Below are positions 38,749-52,540 of a stretch of DNA of 64,000 bases, piece after piece; within the stretch, counting starts at the first letter, position 1, and each line of letters begins with the position of its first letter. The notes beneath the pieces are model-generated. The model did not search any database. It saw only the letters and a list, made by a program, of their open reading frames with translations, and had not been told where the DNA came from. The stretch lies in NCBI GenBank assembly GCA_028534125.1, contig CM052816.1:51958001-52022000 (forward strand). The letters are read 5' to 3'. Source of the DNA: Lama glama (Eukaryota). Made by a program: the position numbers and the translations under genes.

Positions 38749-41700
38749 CATCAGTAAAGAAACATGAGCTATAGTTAACCTAATAAATTTGCTTCAAACA
38801 GCCACACATGATAATCAAGGTAGACATCCAGAGAAAAGATTTTAAAGGACTCCTAAAGCTATCAAGTGTATAGTTTTATCATAAGATGAAAGATAGAACA
38901 TTATGATTATTTTCACAACCCACTAGAAGAGCAATAAGAACAGGCACTATAGTTTGGCAGGTTCACCAAAGGGTCCTTCCTCTTACCTACATTGACCATA
39001 AAATGCCAGAAAGACAATGTAACGAGCAGATTTAGTAAATTTAAGTGTTCAGGGTCTTATTGGTATCCATTGTAGCTTTATATGAATTTTCATTTTTCAA
39101 TTGTCTGGTTTTTATTATGAGTTTGCTGCTGTTTATGCTATGTGTTTTTGCAGAAAGAACAAATGTAACCCAATATGAGAACACAAGCTCACTCAAAACT
39201 CTGGTCCTTAAGCTTCTGCAAGTCAGAAGCAAGTTTATAGGCCTAAGAGTGGCAACTGCTGGGGGCTGGTATTACGGGACCACTTCCACTTGCCACATTT
39301 CTAGATTATTTGAATCATTTACAATAAACACATATAGCTATATAGCCAACAAAAATATGCCCATTCCATTTTTAAACTGAGCCATTTACAATAAACACAT
39401 ACAGTTAGATAATCAACAATAAAGATATTATCCATCGTTAAAACTATGTCTAGGTCTTTATACTACTACTTATATACCCAGAGAAAGTCAATGATGTTGG
39501 TCAAGTCAGTGATGTTCAGAAGAAAATTAAAAACCACTGTGGGTTATCTTAAAGTACATGGCAGAAAAATAATCTCTTTTTTATGTATTATTACTGTGCC
39601 ATATGTATTATTACTTTGATGGCACTTCGGGGTTTTTAATTATTGTGTATGTTGTTGAAATTTTTCAGCTTTAGGTTAAGAGAACTAAAACCAACCCTCT
39701 CTGCAGCCTTTGGGGCAGAAATTCCTCCTCGAGTCCTCCTCCTGCACTTGGCCCGTCTGGGAGGGCTGGGAGCGCCCTACCGGAACTCGCCATGGTCTTC
39801 TCCTCTCTGGTCGCAAGATTTCTGATCCTGCACCTCAAACACTGGATGGAAATGGATGCCTCCCAAATGTTCCCAGCGTGGTGACTTAACGGACATGGGG
39901 CTAGTGATCATGATAACATAGCAGCCTGGAGTGGCAGTGCCTCTGGGACCAGAGCATGCTCTAAAGCCAGGCAAAGCTCTCCATCTCCACCTGGGCTTTG
40001 GGATCTGGGCTTCCTAGTCCCCAGGAATGTGAATAATACTACTAAGTGGCCCTGTGCCTCCCAGAGCCTATTTCTCCCTCAGCAGCCCCACAGGTTGCTA
40101 TGACCATCAATCCCAGTCAGAAGGGAGACTCCAAGTGTCTCTGGATGTGCAGATGGATGAAAACCATGGACAGCAATTCTCCTCTATGGTGCATTTCCAA
40201 AGCAATAACAAAGTCTATGCTCATGTCAATCTTGCTATGATTCATGACCTCCTCCTCTTTCTCCCTTTTCCCTTTTCTTCTTTCTGTAACTGCCTGTATC
40301 ATGGAAATGAAATACATTTTAAATATCTAATATCCCATACAGTGATAAGACTGAGCTTTATGTGCCCTCATATTAATTTTCACTCCCAGGGGTTTAACTT
40401 CACCCAACCTGACGACTATCTTTAGCATTCACGGGAATGTCAGTAAGTGTTCCCGGCACATGAGTGGCCCCCACGTAAGAGAAAAGGATCTCACCCCTGA
40501 GCCCGAGAGGCACAGACAGATCCTCTAAATGTGATTTGCTGCCGTCGCCCTGGCCGTGTGTGAGAGAGAGATAAGAGAAGACAGGCTGAAAATAACAGCA
40601 AGGTGGGCATAAAAAAGGGGGAAATACTTCATGTTTCTTGATACCATCTCCTCCCCTCCTCCCCAGGCACTCCTACTCTTTTGTACTTCCTGACATTGAA
40701 ATGTTACTTACAAGGGACTTCTCTGCCCCCTGCATCTGGTCACCACTATGCCAGCCGGGGGGCGGGGGAGGGGGGTGGCACTCACTGAACAAGAAAAGCC
40801 TGCAGCGTTATATCCTGGACCCAGCACCATCGGTCTCTAGAAGAGAAAGCATTTCACTCTCCTCCCTCAGTGACTGTTTTTGTATAGTGGGATTATTTCT
40901 TGACCACAGCTCTATCTCATGGGTACTTTCAGCTCCAAAGAAGATTTTGTGTAAATTAAAGGAGACAGATTTTCCAACTACTTTATAGATTCCATCTTTT
41001 CATATCATGGTTATATGTTGAAGCTCATTCTTTGTCATTATGTGTCAAATCTCCCAACTACTTCCTCCAGGTCTTCTTAAGAACAAAGACCTGAGATGCC
41101 GAAGGCTTTCCCCCTCCCTCTTGGTTCGCTTTCTTTTCAACTCTGAGATTCAGAGGTCTTGCCATGGGCACATTCGCTTCAGTACAAGCCAACCTCAGAA
41201 AGTCATGTCACATCTGAGTAAGCAGTGTGGTTCAGCAGAAAGAGCCCCAGGCTAGAAGAGGTGACACCAGGATTCTGTCCTGCCTCCAGTGACACAGTGT
41301 GAACTCTGGCAAGTTCCTCTTGTGCTCAGTTTGTTCTTGGACCAAGTGAAGACAAGGCCACCTTTCCTCCTAACCCCAGGGTGAAGATCAAACGCAGTAA
41401 CACACATCAGCGTGTCTTGAAGAGCAGGACGCGTGTCTTGTCATTACTGTGGTGTGGGGACTGCCAGATCTCACCAGGAAACCAGTCCCCTCTAGCCTGC
41501 CTAGGACACCAGGCTTGTTCCAGCTCTGCAGAACTGAGTAATTTGAGTGTTCCTCCTGCTTTCTCCCCACTGCTTTCCTCAGATAAAAGTGCATGGGGAG
41601 AAAAAAGAAAAGAATGCATTATAATTATGAACCAACACATTGGGTACTTGGTAATTAAGAAGAGGTCATACTGTTTTTTATTATGGTGGTTGTTTGTTGG

Positions 41701-43419
41701 TTGTTTTGCTCTTGTGGATTTTTTTGTGGTCGTTTGTTAGTCATGATAAAAAGATTTCTAATTTTCCCAAAGGCTTAGAGAGGAGTTGTATTTTGAAGCT
41801 TCAATGCCATGCAAGAATTTGCTGAATGATTTGTCCCAACAGAAGCCAACACATAGACTGTAAACTTGAAACTATGAATAAAACAGAGTATTAGCATGCA
41901 TAAAATCCACCCTCTGCTACAGTATTAGCATTTAAGAACTGCCTCAGAATATATTCTTCTATTAAACATATTTAAATGGACAAGAATTTAGCTTAGAATT
42001 CAGCTCAAGGAGTAAAAGTTTAACTGGCTCCTACTCTGGTTTTCTACTGCAACAGGAAAAATACATTATGTCCGGCTTCCAAATTTCACAAAGAAGTAAG
42101 TCAAATTAAACTGTACCAAGGTGGTCAGAAAACCTGTCATTTTAAGACTGGCTAAAAGAACTTGATATATTTGGTGATTCTTCAAATCTTTGAAAGGTTA
42201 TCACATAAAAATTGGGACAGAGAAACTCATCAACCAAGGGATCTGAGCTCCCATAAATCATCAGGCATAATGAAATTTATGAAAAGGGAAGCATAAAATA
42301 CATGGTGGCTTAAGTCATCACCCCTGGCTTGCAGGAAAAGGCAATGATTCCTCTCCAGGTTTTGTTACCTTCTCATACAAATGCCTGTCTTCCTCTTGTA
42401 TTCCCACTTCAGAAAGGCACAGATGTTACTAAAGATAACATTTGATCTATGTGATTGGCTTCACTCTGTCCCCAATCCTCCTGTTTATTTATTACCTATA
42501 GAGAGAGAAGTTTATTACCTATAGAGAGAAACATCTAATTCCCACGGAGCAGCCTTGAGCCACTGACTGAGCACACCTGTGAATTCAGTCACCATTATCA
42601 CAGCCTTCTCTTACAGCAAGGCAACTAAACTTTCTCACCATTCCAATGTCCATTCTACCCTCCCCTCTCCTGAATTAACCCGGAACCTCCAACTTCTCAT
42701 GAAACTCCCCAAATCTTTTTACTTCTTGCCATCTTCATCACTTTCTCATTTCACCCATTGGTTTTACTTATTTTCCATTTGCCAACCACATTCACATTTG
42801 TGTAAAAAGTACATTTAATGAAAATGTATGCTGTTCACATCTGGCTTAGTTAGTACCACTTAGCAGAGAAGAGAATACTTCGACACAAAGACTTGAGCAA
42901 GTGTTAGAGTTCCCCTGCTGCTGCAAGGAAATTTTTTGAGGTGCTCTGTCAAAGAGGGACCATGGTTATGCCAAAAAAAAAAAATGAGCAGGAGAAATAT
43001 GTATAATGAGACAGACTTTAGATTTCTCCCGTGTAGCTCCAGAAGGCACAAATAGGAATAATGGGCTAAGGTTAGAGATTTTGCTGTTCAATACCTCAGT
43101 TTTTATTGCATGGCAAGTTACCAAAATGGGAATAAAAGAAAATACATATCTAAATAAAGAAGTAATTACTGCCTTTTGAGAGGGGAAGTCTTTTATGACA
43201 CTGTGCCCGGTTTTTATTGATAATAATCAGTTACACTTATCAAAGTAACTAAGAACCACTGTTGCATGGATGGTTTTTAATCAGAAGCACTGAGTTCATA
43301 ACATTACAAAAATGACAGAAAGAGGCCTTTGAAATGTTTCATTTTTTACATTTTAAGTGCTAACTATTCAGCAATAATTATTAGCACTTAATTTATCAAG
43401 CAAACCTCAAAGATGGAAG

Positions 43420-44560
43420 CCCTATAATATTAATCAAAAAATAATTATCAAATTATCATATATAGCCAAGATGGCATCGCTCACAAAGCAAAAACTGGAT
43501 AATATAAAAGGATCAATTCATGTATTTAATAAATAAAGTTTTCTAAATCAATAAGAAAAAAGCCAAATATCCTAATAGAAATGTGGGGAAAGGAATAGAA
43601 TATTCATATGCCTACAAACAAAACAAAAAACAATACAAATAAGTGTAAATATGAAAAAGAAATGCATATTTGTACATTAAGACTATTTTTTCAAATTGAA
43701 TGTTTCTAAATAATAAAATCCAGAGTTAGAAAGTGTAATGTGCTGATTAAAATAAAAATGGTTACAGACTTTGTGGAGATGGTTGGCAATTTGTATCACA
43801 GACTTTAAACTATTCCCTGTTTTTATATAGGAATCTATACTAAGGAAATCATTAAAAATACATTCAAAGACTGATGTCCAAGAATGCTTGTAGCATCATT
43901 AATAATAAGTGTCCAACAATAGGGTACAAATTAAATAAATTATGAGATACTTAAACTGGAACATTCTGAGCAATTAAATTAATAACCACGCTCTGTAAGA
44001 ATATTTTCAAGCTAGCCCTTGAACTATGCATACACAGGAAAAATTCCAAGGAACCCTGTGAAAAAAGGTTAAGAGCTAGAAAACTGAAAATACTGATCAA
44101 AGATTTCAGCTACTACCCACTACAGGAAGACAGAGTTTAGAGACTGAGTTGGCCAAATAAACTGCTTATTAGAATAAAAATGAACATTCTTCAAAGGAAA
44201 ACACAGAACCCCATCTTTAAATTATATTATCCAGTCCAGTCTACACTATAAGATTAGTAGAAAAGCAACAGCAGGAAAACTAGAGCCATAATCATGTGAA
44301 AATATGACACAGGTGTTGGAATTAGCAGACAGTATTTCAAAGCAGCTATTAAAAATCTGTACAAAGACAAAGGAAAAGATATAATGAGAACATAGATGGG
44401 GAATCTCAGCAGAAAAATGTAGTTCTAAAAAAGGACCAAATGGAAATTTTAGAACTGAAAAGTATAATAAACTGAAAAAATTAAATGGATGAACATACTT
44501 GCAGATTAGAGACAGCTGTTTCCAATGAAAGAGTAAATGTAGTAAACCTGCCACAAAGAA
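43420..44560 (+). mobile_element. Old L1M fragments (ORF2-end/3' piece, then 5'/ORF1-start piece)
   Basis: aaatcaataagaaaaaagccaaatatcctaatagaaatgtggg; ggaccaaatggaaattttagaactgaaaagtataata. Confidence 0.6.
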
Positions 44561-44599
44561 GACAGTCGAGCTCCTTAATAAATGGTACCACGTGAAGAC

Positions 44600-45290
44600 T
44601 CAGTGTTGACCTCTACTGCTATCAGTTTGGACATTTAGCACAACAATACCTAGATCAGTCTTAGTAGGAATGAATCTATGCTATTGGGCCAGTGTGTAGC
44701 CTCCTTCTCTGCCACAATAGTCATTTTGTTCATATGCTCATTGTGTCAGCACTGGGGTGACCAATGACAGGCATTTACCTGAAATAAAGTGGCCCAGTTT
44801 GTCGATTTGGTTTAGTGTCAAGCAAACTGTCAGTTAGGAAAAAAAAAAAGAAGAAGAAGAAGAACATTCTGCAGAAGAAAATAATAGAATCCAGAGTCTT
44901 TAAATCTCTCTACTGGATCCTGCAGCAACTGTCACATTTGGCACCCACTCCTATTTGTCTTTCCATGTGCTTCTATGCAGGCCTTGCTGTCCCCAAACTT
45001 CTAATTCTTTTCCTTCCAGGTCTTTGATGCCAGCCAGAACACTCACTACATCCTGTTAAATCTGTATATATTTGAACCTCAAACCACTTCTCTTCCCACA
45101 CAAAGTTGATGGCAAAGTGCATGACCTGATTTACCACCCATTGGGAGAATTTCTCCTTATCACAGACTTTCAAGGCCATTTTCAGCTGACCCATCCACAA
45201 CCCAAGCTTTAGCTTTTCTCTTTTCCTTCGTCTGGTTGTATATGATCCTTCACAGAGCCACAGCATTAGCTAAGAAAGGGGTGCTCGTGT
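44600..45290 (-). mobile_element. ERVL internal fragment, degenerate pol RNase H region
   Basis: ORF 44973..45266 KFSQWVVNQVMHFAINFVWEEKWFEVQIYTD resembles the ERVL RNase H pattern SSQWAEL..VH..HFVWKEKWPEVRIYTDS. Confidence 0.75.
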
Positions 45291-45329
45291 AACGGTGATG
45301 GATGCCATGGAAGTAAAGAGTAAAAATTG

Positions 45330-45567
45330 TGTGTCAGAGTTGTCCCAGTCCAGGCTGAAATGACTGTATCTTTATACCACTGCCTCATTCAGTCACTGAA
45401 CAGGGGCTGCCTCAGGAAGGGTGTAATCTTGAACTAGGCAGCTCTCTGCAGCTGTAGTAGACTCTGAAGGATCTCACAGCTAGAGGCTCTCCTGATCAAC
45501 TCTCTGTAGCTGGGCAGCAACTCCTTCTTTGAAGGAGGATCTGTTTGATGCACCTCCATGTCTACCA
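45330..45567 (-). mobile_element. ERVL-class LTR 5' portion (LTR40/MER76-like)
   Basis: Minus strand begins tggtagacatggaggtgcatcaaacagatcctccttcaaag. Confidence 0.5.
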
Positions 45568-46570
45568 AATCCCAAATGTCCATCAACAGCTGAACAAACA
45601 GTATGTGGTATATGAATACAATGGAAAACTATTCAGCAAGAAATAAACAACTGCTGATACTTACAGAAGCATGGATGGGTGTCCACTTTATGGTGGAGAA
45701 GGCTAGCAGATACCACCATAACCAAATGAATAAGGTTAAGAAAAATTATGAATTCATACAACATGGAGAAAGGGAGAGAGAGAGAACGTAAATGGGGCAA
45801 AATAATCATACCTAGTGAATCCGGGGAAAGGACCTACAGGAGTTTTCTGTACTACTTGCAGTTTTACTGAAGTTTGAAATGATAACAAAATTTGAAGTTT
45901 TTTTTTAAGTTAGGTTGCTAGAAGGCAAATTTATAGTCATAACTTCAGGTATCTGAGGATCTGCTGTAAAAGTTCAGTTACATTGTAATATCTCCATTGA
46001 CATGGAAAAAGGTCAATAATTTAAAAAAAGCAAGATTCAGAGCAATAGGTGGAATGCAATTAACCATTTACTCTAAAAGAAAAATAAATATACATAACAT
46101 GTTTTTTAATTTATAGTATGTATGTTTGTAAATGGAAAAAGAAGTACACTGAAAATACAAACTAAATGAAGAAAATGTAAAAGCAAATCCCATCACCCAG
46201 TAATTTTACTTCCTAGAGAAACACTCATGTGGCTCGAAGAGCATGTACAGGATGTTCATTGCAGTATTGTCTTAAGAGCAAAAAAAAAAAAAAAAAGGGA
46301 TAACAATCTACGTATCTACCAATAAAAGGATAGCTAGATACACTATAGCAAACCATGAGTAAGTATTTTAAAAGAATGAGTTCTACATGCATGGACATTT
46401 ATAGGAAGGGCAATACAGAATTGGTAACATTTATGAAAAAGTATTAATAAAAATAAGTGGTAGGAATCAAACCAAAATGTTAACAGTGGTTACCCCTTAG
46501 TAATTATTATCTTCTTATTTATATACTTTATACATTTTTCAAATTAGCCATAGTGAGCATATACATTTTA
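45568..46570 (+). mobile_element. Old L1M 3' fragments
   Basis: cccaaatgtccatcaacagctgaac...WYMNTMENYSA motif in ORF 45603..45791. Confidence 0.7.
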
Positions 46571-48007
46571 AAGAAATATAAATAGTCCTATGTATGGTGA
46601 AGATTTGAAAAATACTCAGGTTCAATTAGACACTTTCCTGCTTTAAAACAAACAGATACACTGAAACATTACGATGTGAAAAAGAGGGTTACATGGTATG
46701 CATTTATTTATAAGCAGAAAAATGTACAACCAATTGCTGGAAACATTTATGTAAATAAAAGGACTTGGAGCACATCTGGTGAACACACCTGGTTATTAAA
46801 GGCTAAAGGAGCAGGATTAGGAAGGGAGCTTAAAATGTTGCCTGAGTGTGAACTATTAATGATGGTTTTGCTGGGCCTCTTTCCTAAAAATACTTTTAAT
46901 ATTCCAAATACATTTTCACTTCATTTGCTGGTAGCTGAAAACTTATAGCTGTCAGATATTTGAAAGAAAATGACAGTCTCAAATCTCCACAATCAGAATG
47001 GCTAAGAATATCAAACTTCAGTCCTGGAAAAGAAAATTCACACATGCATATGTGTATTAGCTAGAGCTTTATATGTTTGCTGCTTCTCCAAAAATCCTCA
47101 GAAAGCTAAACCTGCTGAAACTCTCCAAAGCAGTATGTCTTTAATTTACGGCACACTCTGATTTCTCTTTAAGGAATACATAACAAATAATTTGGTCTGT
47201 GCCTTATGCATTTGATTTTTTTTTAATTGTGAAAATACAAGCTAAATGCCACGGCTTTTGTCTACCACCTATGTACAGTTATTTATCCCTGGTGAAAAAG
47301 TTTATTTTTCGCCCATGAAAATGATCACATAAATCATTTAAAGAAAGAAAATATCAAGAATCAAAATTAGAGGGAGACATTTGTCTATAATCCCAACTTC
47401 ATTCAAAGACAACCACTGTTAAATTTTGAGGTATTTCAGTCCACTCTATTTTCTAAGAGCTGTCTAGTACAGTTGAGGTTATGCTGCACATGCAATGTTA
47501 TTTCAGTTTTTTTCAAGTTACATGATAACCTAAATTTGTTTCCATGTTACTTATAATGTGGTAAACATTTATAAAAGCCTGGATAACATTGCACAGAGAG
47601 GATATCCTACAATTTACTTAAATGTATTTGCCTATTTTTGAAACATTTGGAAGGTTTTCAAATATTCCTCATAACATTTTGGTACACAAAATTTTCAATT
47701 TGAATTTTGAGTTAGTCCATTGGTTGAGCTTCTCAAGAATGGATAAAAGATATGAAGAGTTTGGGGCTTTTTAAAACTTGATTTTAGATTTTCTTTAGGG
47801 ATCTTTGCAACACGTTTGCCAAGGTGGCTGCATCTGACAGGCGTGGCATCAGCTACTGAAATGATACTCACACTGCAGTTCCAGCAACTGAGTGGCCCCA
47901 TTTGTGATACTAAAATTGGAAATTATAAGCAGTTGAATATCCTACCCTTTAGGAGCTTACATGTTCAGGGGAGCATCTTTAACCTGGACAGCATATGTGT
48001 CTGGGTA

Positions 48008-48200
48008 TAATAATAGCTAACGTCTATTCAGTGCTTAATATATGCTAGGCATTGTACTAAGATTCCTCCTGTATTGCTTCATTTAATTCTCACAATAACT
48101 CCATGATTTATTCCCATTTTACAGATGAGGAAAGAGGCTTAAAGAAGCATGACAGTCATCCCCAAGCCATCAAGACGTGCGCTAAGCTGTAGGCCCAGGA
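48008..48200 (-). mobile_element. MIR SINE
   Basis: taataatagctaacgtctattcagtgctt...cccattttacagatgaggaaa. Confidence 0.8.
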
Positions 48201-49349
48201 GTAGTAATGGACTCACATTCATCCACACACACTGTTTTCTAGTCTCTGTTGTGAAAACTTTACATGTGGCAAAGTTGGCTGGGTCATACGAGTCCAAAAC
48301 CCAGGACCCTGACATGGAGATCTACTCTGCTGAGTCAACTCACCACAAAAGGATGGACCACATGGGAAGGAAGAAATAGATAGGCTGAACCTGGATAGAC
48401 AATAGGGATGTCCAGAAAACAAATTTCCCCAAATCATCAAGTCTACAGAGTTCTATACCTGAATTTTATAATGCTCCCATCCTCACTCCTTACCTTTTTA
48501 TCAACAGCCTAAGAGACAGCAGGTGCTTCAAAAAGAAAGGAAGGAGGGAAGAAGGGAAAAGAGAAAGAAATATATAATGAATTTCTTCCTCTCTCTTTAT
48601 CAACCATCTTATTTTAGAGTGTCATGCTGGTTAAGTTTTATACACACACGCACATATATACACAAACCACTCTTCAGTCTTAAGGACATTACTATTCAGC
48701 TAAAGAGCTAAATTAGGCGCTCATAAAACAACTGAATAACGCTGTAAGATTAAATAGTAGTGCAAGGTGTGTCAAAGTGCGAAAATAAGCTGTATGAAAA
48801 TGGCAACTAACATCATTCATCTTTTCAGATTATTAGACATTTGAAATAGTTGCTCCTGTATATTAGACCATGCATCCTGATTTCGGCCTACAGGGAATAT
48901 TTACTATAGATGAAGACAATAAATGCTATCAGAGATCACTACAGAAACAGATCAAAATGCAACTGAGCCGCTGTCCAAGGCTAAGTCCCAGAGGACAAGG
49001 GCGTCCAGAAAGGACGATCGAGAATACAGAAAGAGTAAGTGTGAACAGACTGTCAGATACAAGGCAGAAATCTCCTGCTGGATGGTACCAGGGAAGTGTG
49101 GGGCCTCTAGAACCTCTCCATTACTGCCACTGCCATGGGATGTGGACAGTCCGTTGCTCTTTCCACTCAAGTCTCCATCCCCTACTCACCCCTCCCAAAC
49201 AAGGGGCCCCATCTGATCTGCTTGCTCAGCAGTTCACAGTCAGTGGGCTGGTTTTCCACTGTAGGAGGGGTCACTGCTTTAAAGAACAACACGCAGTCAC
49301 CCTTCTCTAGTCACCCTTTTCTTTCGGTTGAATAATTAGGGGAGTAATG

Positions 49350-49820
49350 TTAGCAGTCATCATGGAGAGGCAGGTGATCCTAACAGTTGCCTTTGTTGGT
49401 CCTCATGCCAGCCTCCTTGGATTCCGGTCCTTTTAATGTCCCTTATGAACTTACACATCCTTAGGCAAGTTGCTCAATTTTTGCATCTAAAAATGGAGGT
49501 GATTGTTTTACCTACCTCAGACAGTTATTGTGAAAATTACATGAGTTCTCACAAGTAAAGAACTTGGGATTAACAGATACACATTACTATATATAAAATA
49601 GATAAACAACAAGGACCTACTACATAGCACAGGGAACTACATTCAATATCTTGTAGTAACCTATAATGGAAAAGAATCTGAAAATACAAGTGTATCCGTA
49701 TGTATGCATATGTATAACTGAACTGCTTTGCTGTACAACTGAAATTAACATTGTAAATCAACTACACATCAATAAAAAAAATAAAATAAAAAGAATTTAG
49801 GTACACAGAGCTATTTTACT
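49350..49820 (+). mobile_element. MIR interrupted by an L1 3' tip (~49569-49789)
   Basis: MIR core ttaggcaagttgctc...aaaatggagg; L1 tip aacaaggacctactacatagcacaggg flanked by AAAGAACTTGGG / AAAGAATTTAGG. Confidence 0.75.
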
Positions 49821-49930
49821 AACAAACTTGGGTTTGCCTTGCTCCTTATGAAGAGGAAGGCAAACCAGGTCCAGGTCCAGGTCCAGGAAGACACAGGTCC
49901 AGACTCAAGGGAAATATGAAGTTCCTCTTT

Positions 49931-50117
49931 TTTTTTTTCCATTCAGTATATATATTTTTTTGAAGTATAGTCAGTTTACAATGTTGTGTCAATTTCTGGT
50001 GTACAGCATAATGCTTCAGTCATACATGAACAAACATAGTTCCTTACACTGTATAGCACAGGGAACTATATTCAATATTTTGTAGTAACTTACGGTGAAA
50101 AAGAATATGAAAATGAA
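49931..50117 (-). mobile_element. Mini L1 insertion with 5' inversion
   Basis: 49956-50038 is the L1 3' tip on minus; 50049-50117 is the adjacent upstream L1 segment on plus. Confidence 0.85.
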
Positions 50118-52094
50118 ACTCCTCTTTCAATGTCAAGCTCAGGCCCCGCTGTCCTACATAGCCAGAGGGTGAGGTGTGCCCAGATTGATAAATTGGCCTT
50201 TGTCTCTCATTTGACTGGATATTCCTCTACATGTGGTCCATTAGTGAGAACCTCAGAGGAGAAAAGAAACACAACTCCCTAACAAAAGGATTGTTAAGGT
50301 TGCATCAAGTAATTTCCCACATTTTAAAGAGCCACAGAAACTATAGGAAATAAAATTAATTTTATCCCATTGGCAATAGAGATTTATTATATTTTCTTGG
50401 ACTGGGACCATGAGACAATAAAAGGTGTATTTTATAAGAATTAACCTTGCAATCATACACAACCTTTTGCAGAAAGTCTCTGTATCCATTCAAATCAGGG
50501 TTTTTAAAGGTTAAAAAAAATATTCACTACTTACAATTTTTTTTCACATTTTCTAGCTAGATTTTTTTCAGCCGTATTTTTAAGGACTCTGTACACAGTA
50601 CTGAATTTCATCAAAGAACTGTGACTCTGACCTCTTAAATCACAGTGCCTGACATATAGTAAGTGCTCCATAATGCTGACTGAATAAATACAAAACAATA
50701 TTTACTATAACCAAAAGGACACCATGAAAAAAGTTGAGTTTGATAGCACAAGTTGAAAAAAAAAAAAAAGGGAAAAAGAGTGAGGGAGAGTCTACCCAGC
50801 TAACTTCCACCGCAGTAAGCATTAGGGGCATCCTGGAAACCTACATTGGAGCTCTCCAAAGGTGCATGGGACCAGTGGTGAAGGGATGCTCCAGTCTCAG
50901 AGCCCAGCTTGAGAAAGGTTCAGGGAAGGAGTGGACCTCTGCACCCCAGGGAAGAAGGGCCAGCTTCACTGTACGGGACCATCTCTCAGGAACCAGAAGA
51001 GGTCAGTGTAAATTCTCAGGTCGCTGAGCCTGAAAACCAGCAAGTAGGCAAAAGGAAACTCAAGTTCAACCTTCCTCCCAACAAGAGAAAGAATCTTGGG
51101 AGCGTGTTTTCTGGGAAGATTTGATCAACTTGAAACCAAAATCAGAAACTTTCTGAACGAATTACATTGTGGAAAAAAAAAATAAGCATGTGATTTTGAT
51201 TTGACTAAATCACTCAAAATACAAGAGGAGGAAATGGATTAGCTTCCCCGAGGTATGAAACTACAGATTTTAACTCATTTACAGCTTCATCTCTGTCTAC
51301 TGTGTACAAATCTTTCTACTGACTACTCTGACTGGAACACACTTTAGGGAACACCTTTCCACTCTTAATACTGTTGTGGCTTTGACAAAGCCATTGAAAT
51401 AAAGAGACTTCCACTTTCAAAGATCCTTCAATCAGAATAAGAAGCCTCACAGAGAAATCAAGAAGAGCCTGAAGGGCAATCAAAACAGGGTTGCAACAGA
51501 AAACTGTAAACGGGGTATGATTTCAGCTCAGTAAACAATGAAACAACCTAAAGTGGAAAAAACTGACAGGAAATACCCAAAAATGTTAACATAAATGTCG
51601 TTGTGCAATACAAATTTAAGTAATTTTGGTTTTATAGTCATCCAGGTTTTCTAAGGAGCATTTACTTGTTTTTATTGAAAAACATACAAACATTTTACTA
51701 ACTAATAAAATATTAAAGGCCAAGTTGTTTTCAAACTAGGAAACAAAAAAAAAATAGCATGTAAGGACTTTAGTGAGGTGTGGTTTATTATTTAGACCTC
51801 CCTGGAAATAGTTTCTTTCGTATCTTGAAAGCCTTTTATTATCATTCAGGAAATTTTTTTTTAACTTGAAAAGGAACTTAAAGATTGTCTGATAAAAACT
51901 GCCTTGTTCTACAGCTGAGGGAACAGTGAATTTCCTAACAAATGGCCAATCAGGGGCAGACCTAGAACTCTGACTGACAATTCCTGCCTCCTAAGCAGTC
52001 TTCTCTCCAGCACTGAGCCTATTTCACTGAGGAAAGTGCCCTTTCCCCTTTCTAGACAGGAAGAAAAAAGCACTGCAAAATATAATCTCTCTCC

Positions 52095-52540
52095 ACACCT
52101 AGGTACATACACAAGAGAAATGAAAACAAATGTCTACACAAAAACTCGTACATGAATGTTCACAGCAGCATTATTCAAAACAGCCAAAAAGTGCAAACAA
52201 CTCAAATACCTACCAATTGATGAATGGAGAAGCAATGTGGTATATCCATACATGGAATATTACAGTCATAAAAAAGGAATGAAGTCCTAATAATCTGCTA
52301 AATGCATACATGGATGAACCTTGAAAACATTATGCTAAGTGAGATAAGTCAATCACAAACGACTATATATTACATGATTCCATTTATATAAAACATCCAG
52401 AAAAGGCAAATCCATAGGGACAGAAAATAAATTAATGGTTGCCTAGGGCTGGAGAGACAGGGAGTGGGAAACTGGGGAAAACAAGATTGTTTTAAAATTC
52501 AATGTGGTGATGAGTGCAACTGAAAACAAATACTAAAAAT
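52095..52540 (+). mobile_element. LINE-1 3' fragment (L1MB-like)
   Basis: acaagagaaatgaaaacaaatgtctacacaaaaac...catggatgaaccttgaaaacattatgctaagtga. Confidence 0.85.

Noticed and set aside
42488..42531. Short direct duplication tttattacctatagagaga (also (CCAGGT)3 near 49866)
   Set aside because: Two- or three-copy slippage repeats with no spacer structure; not array-like.
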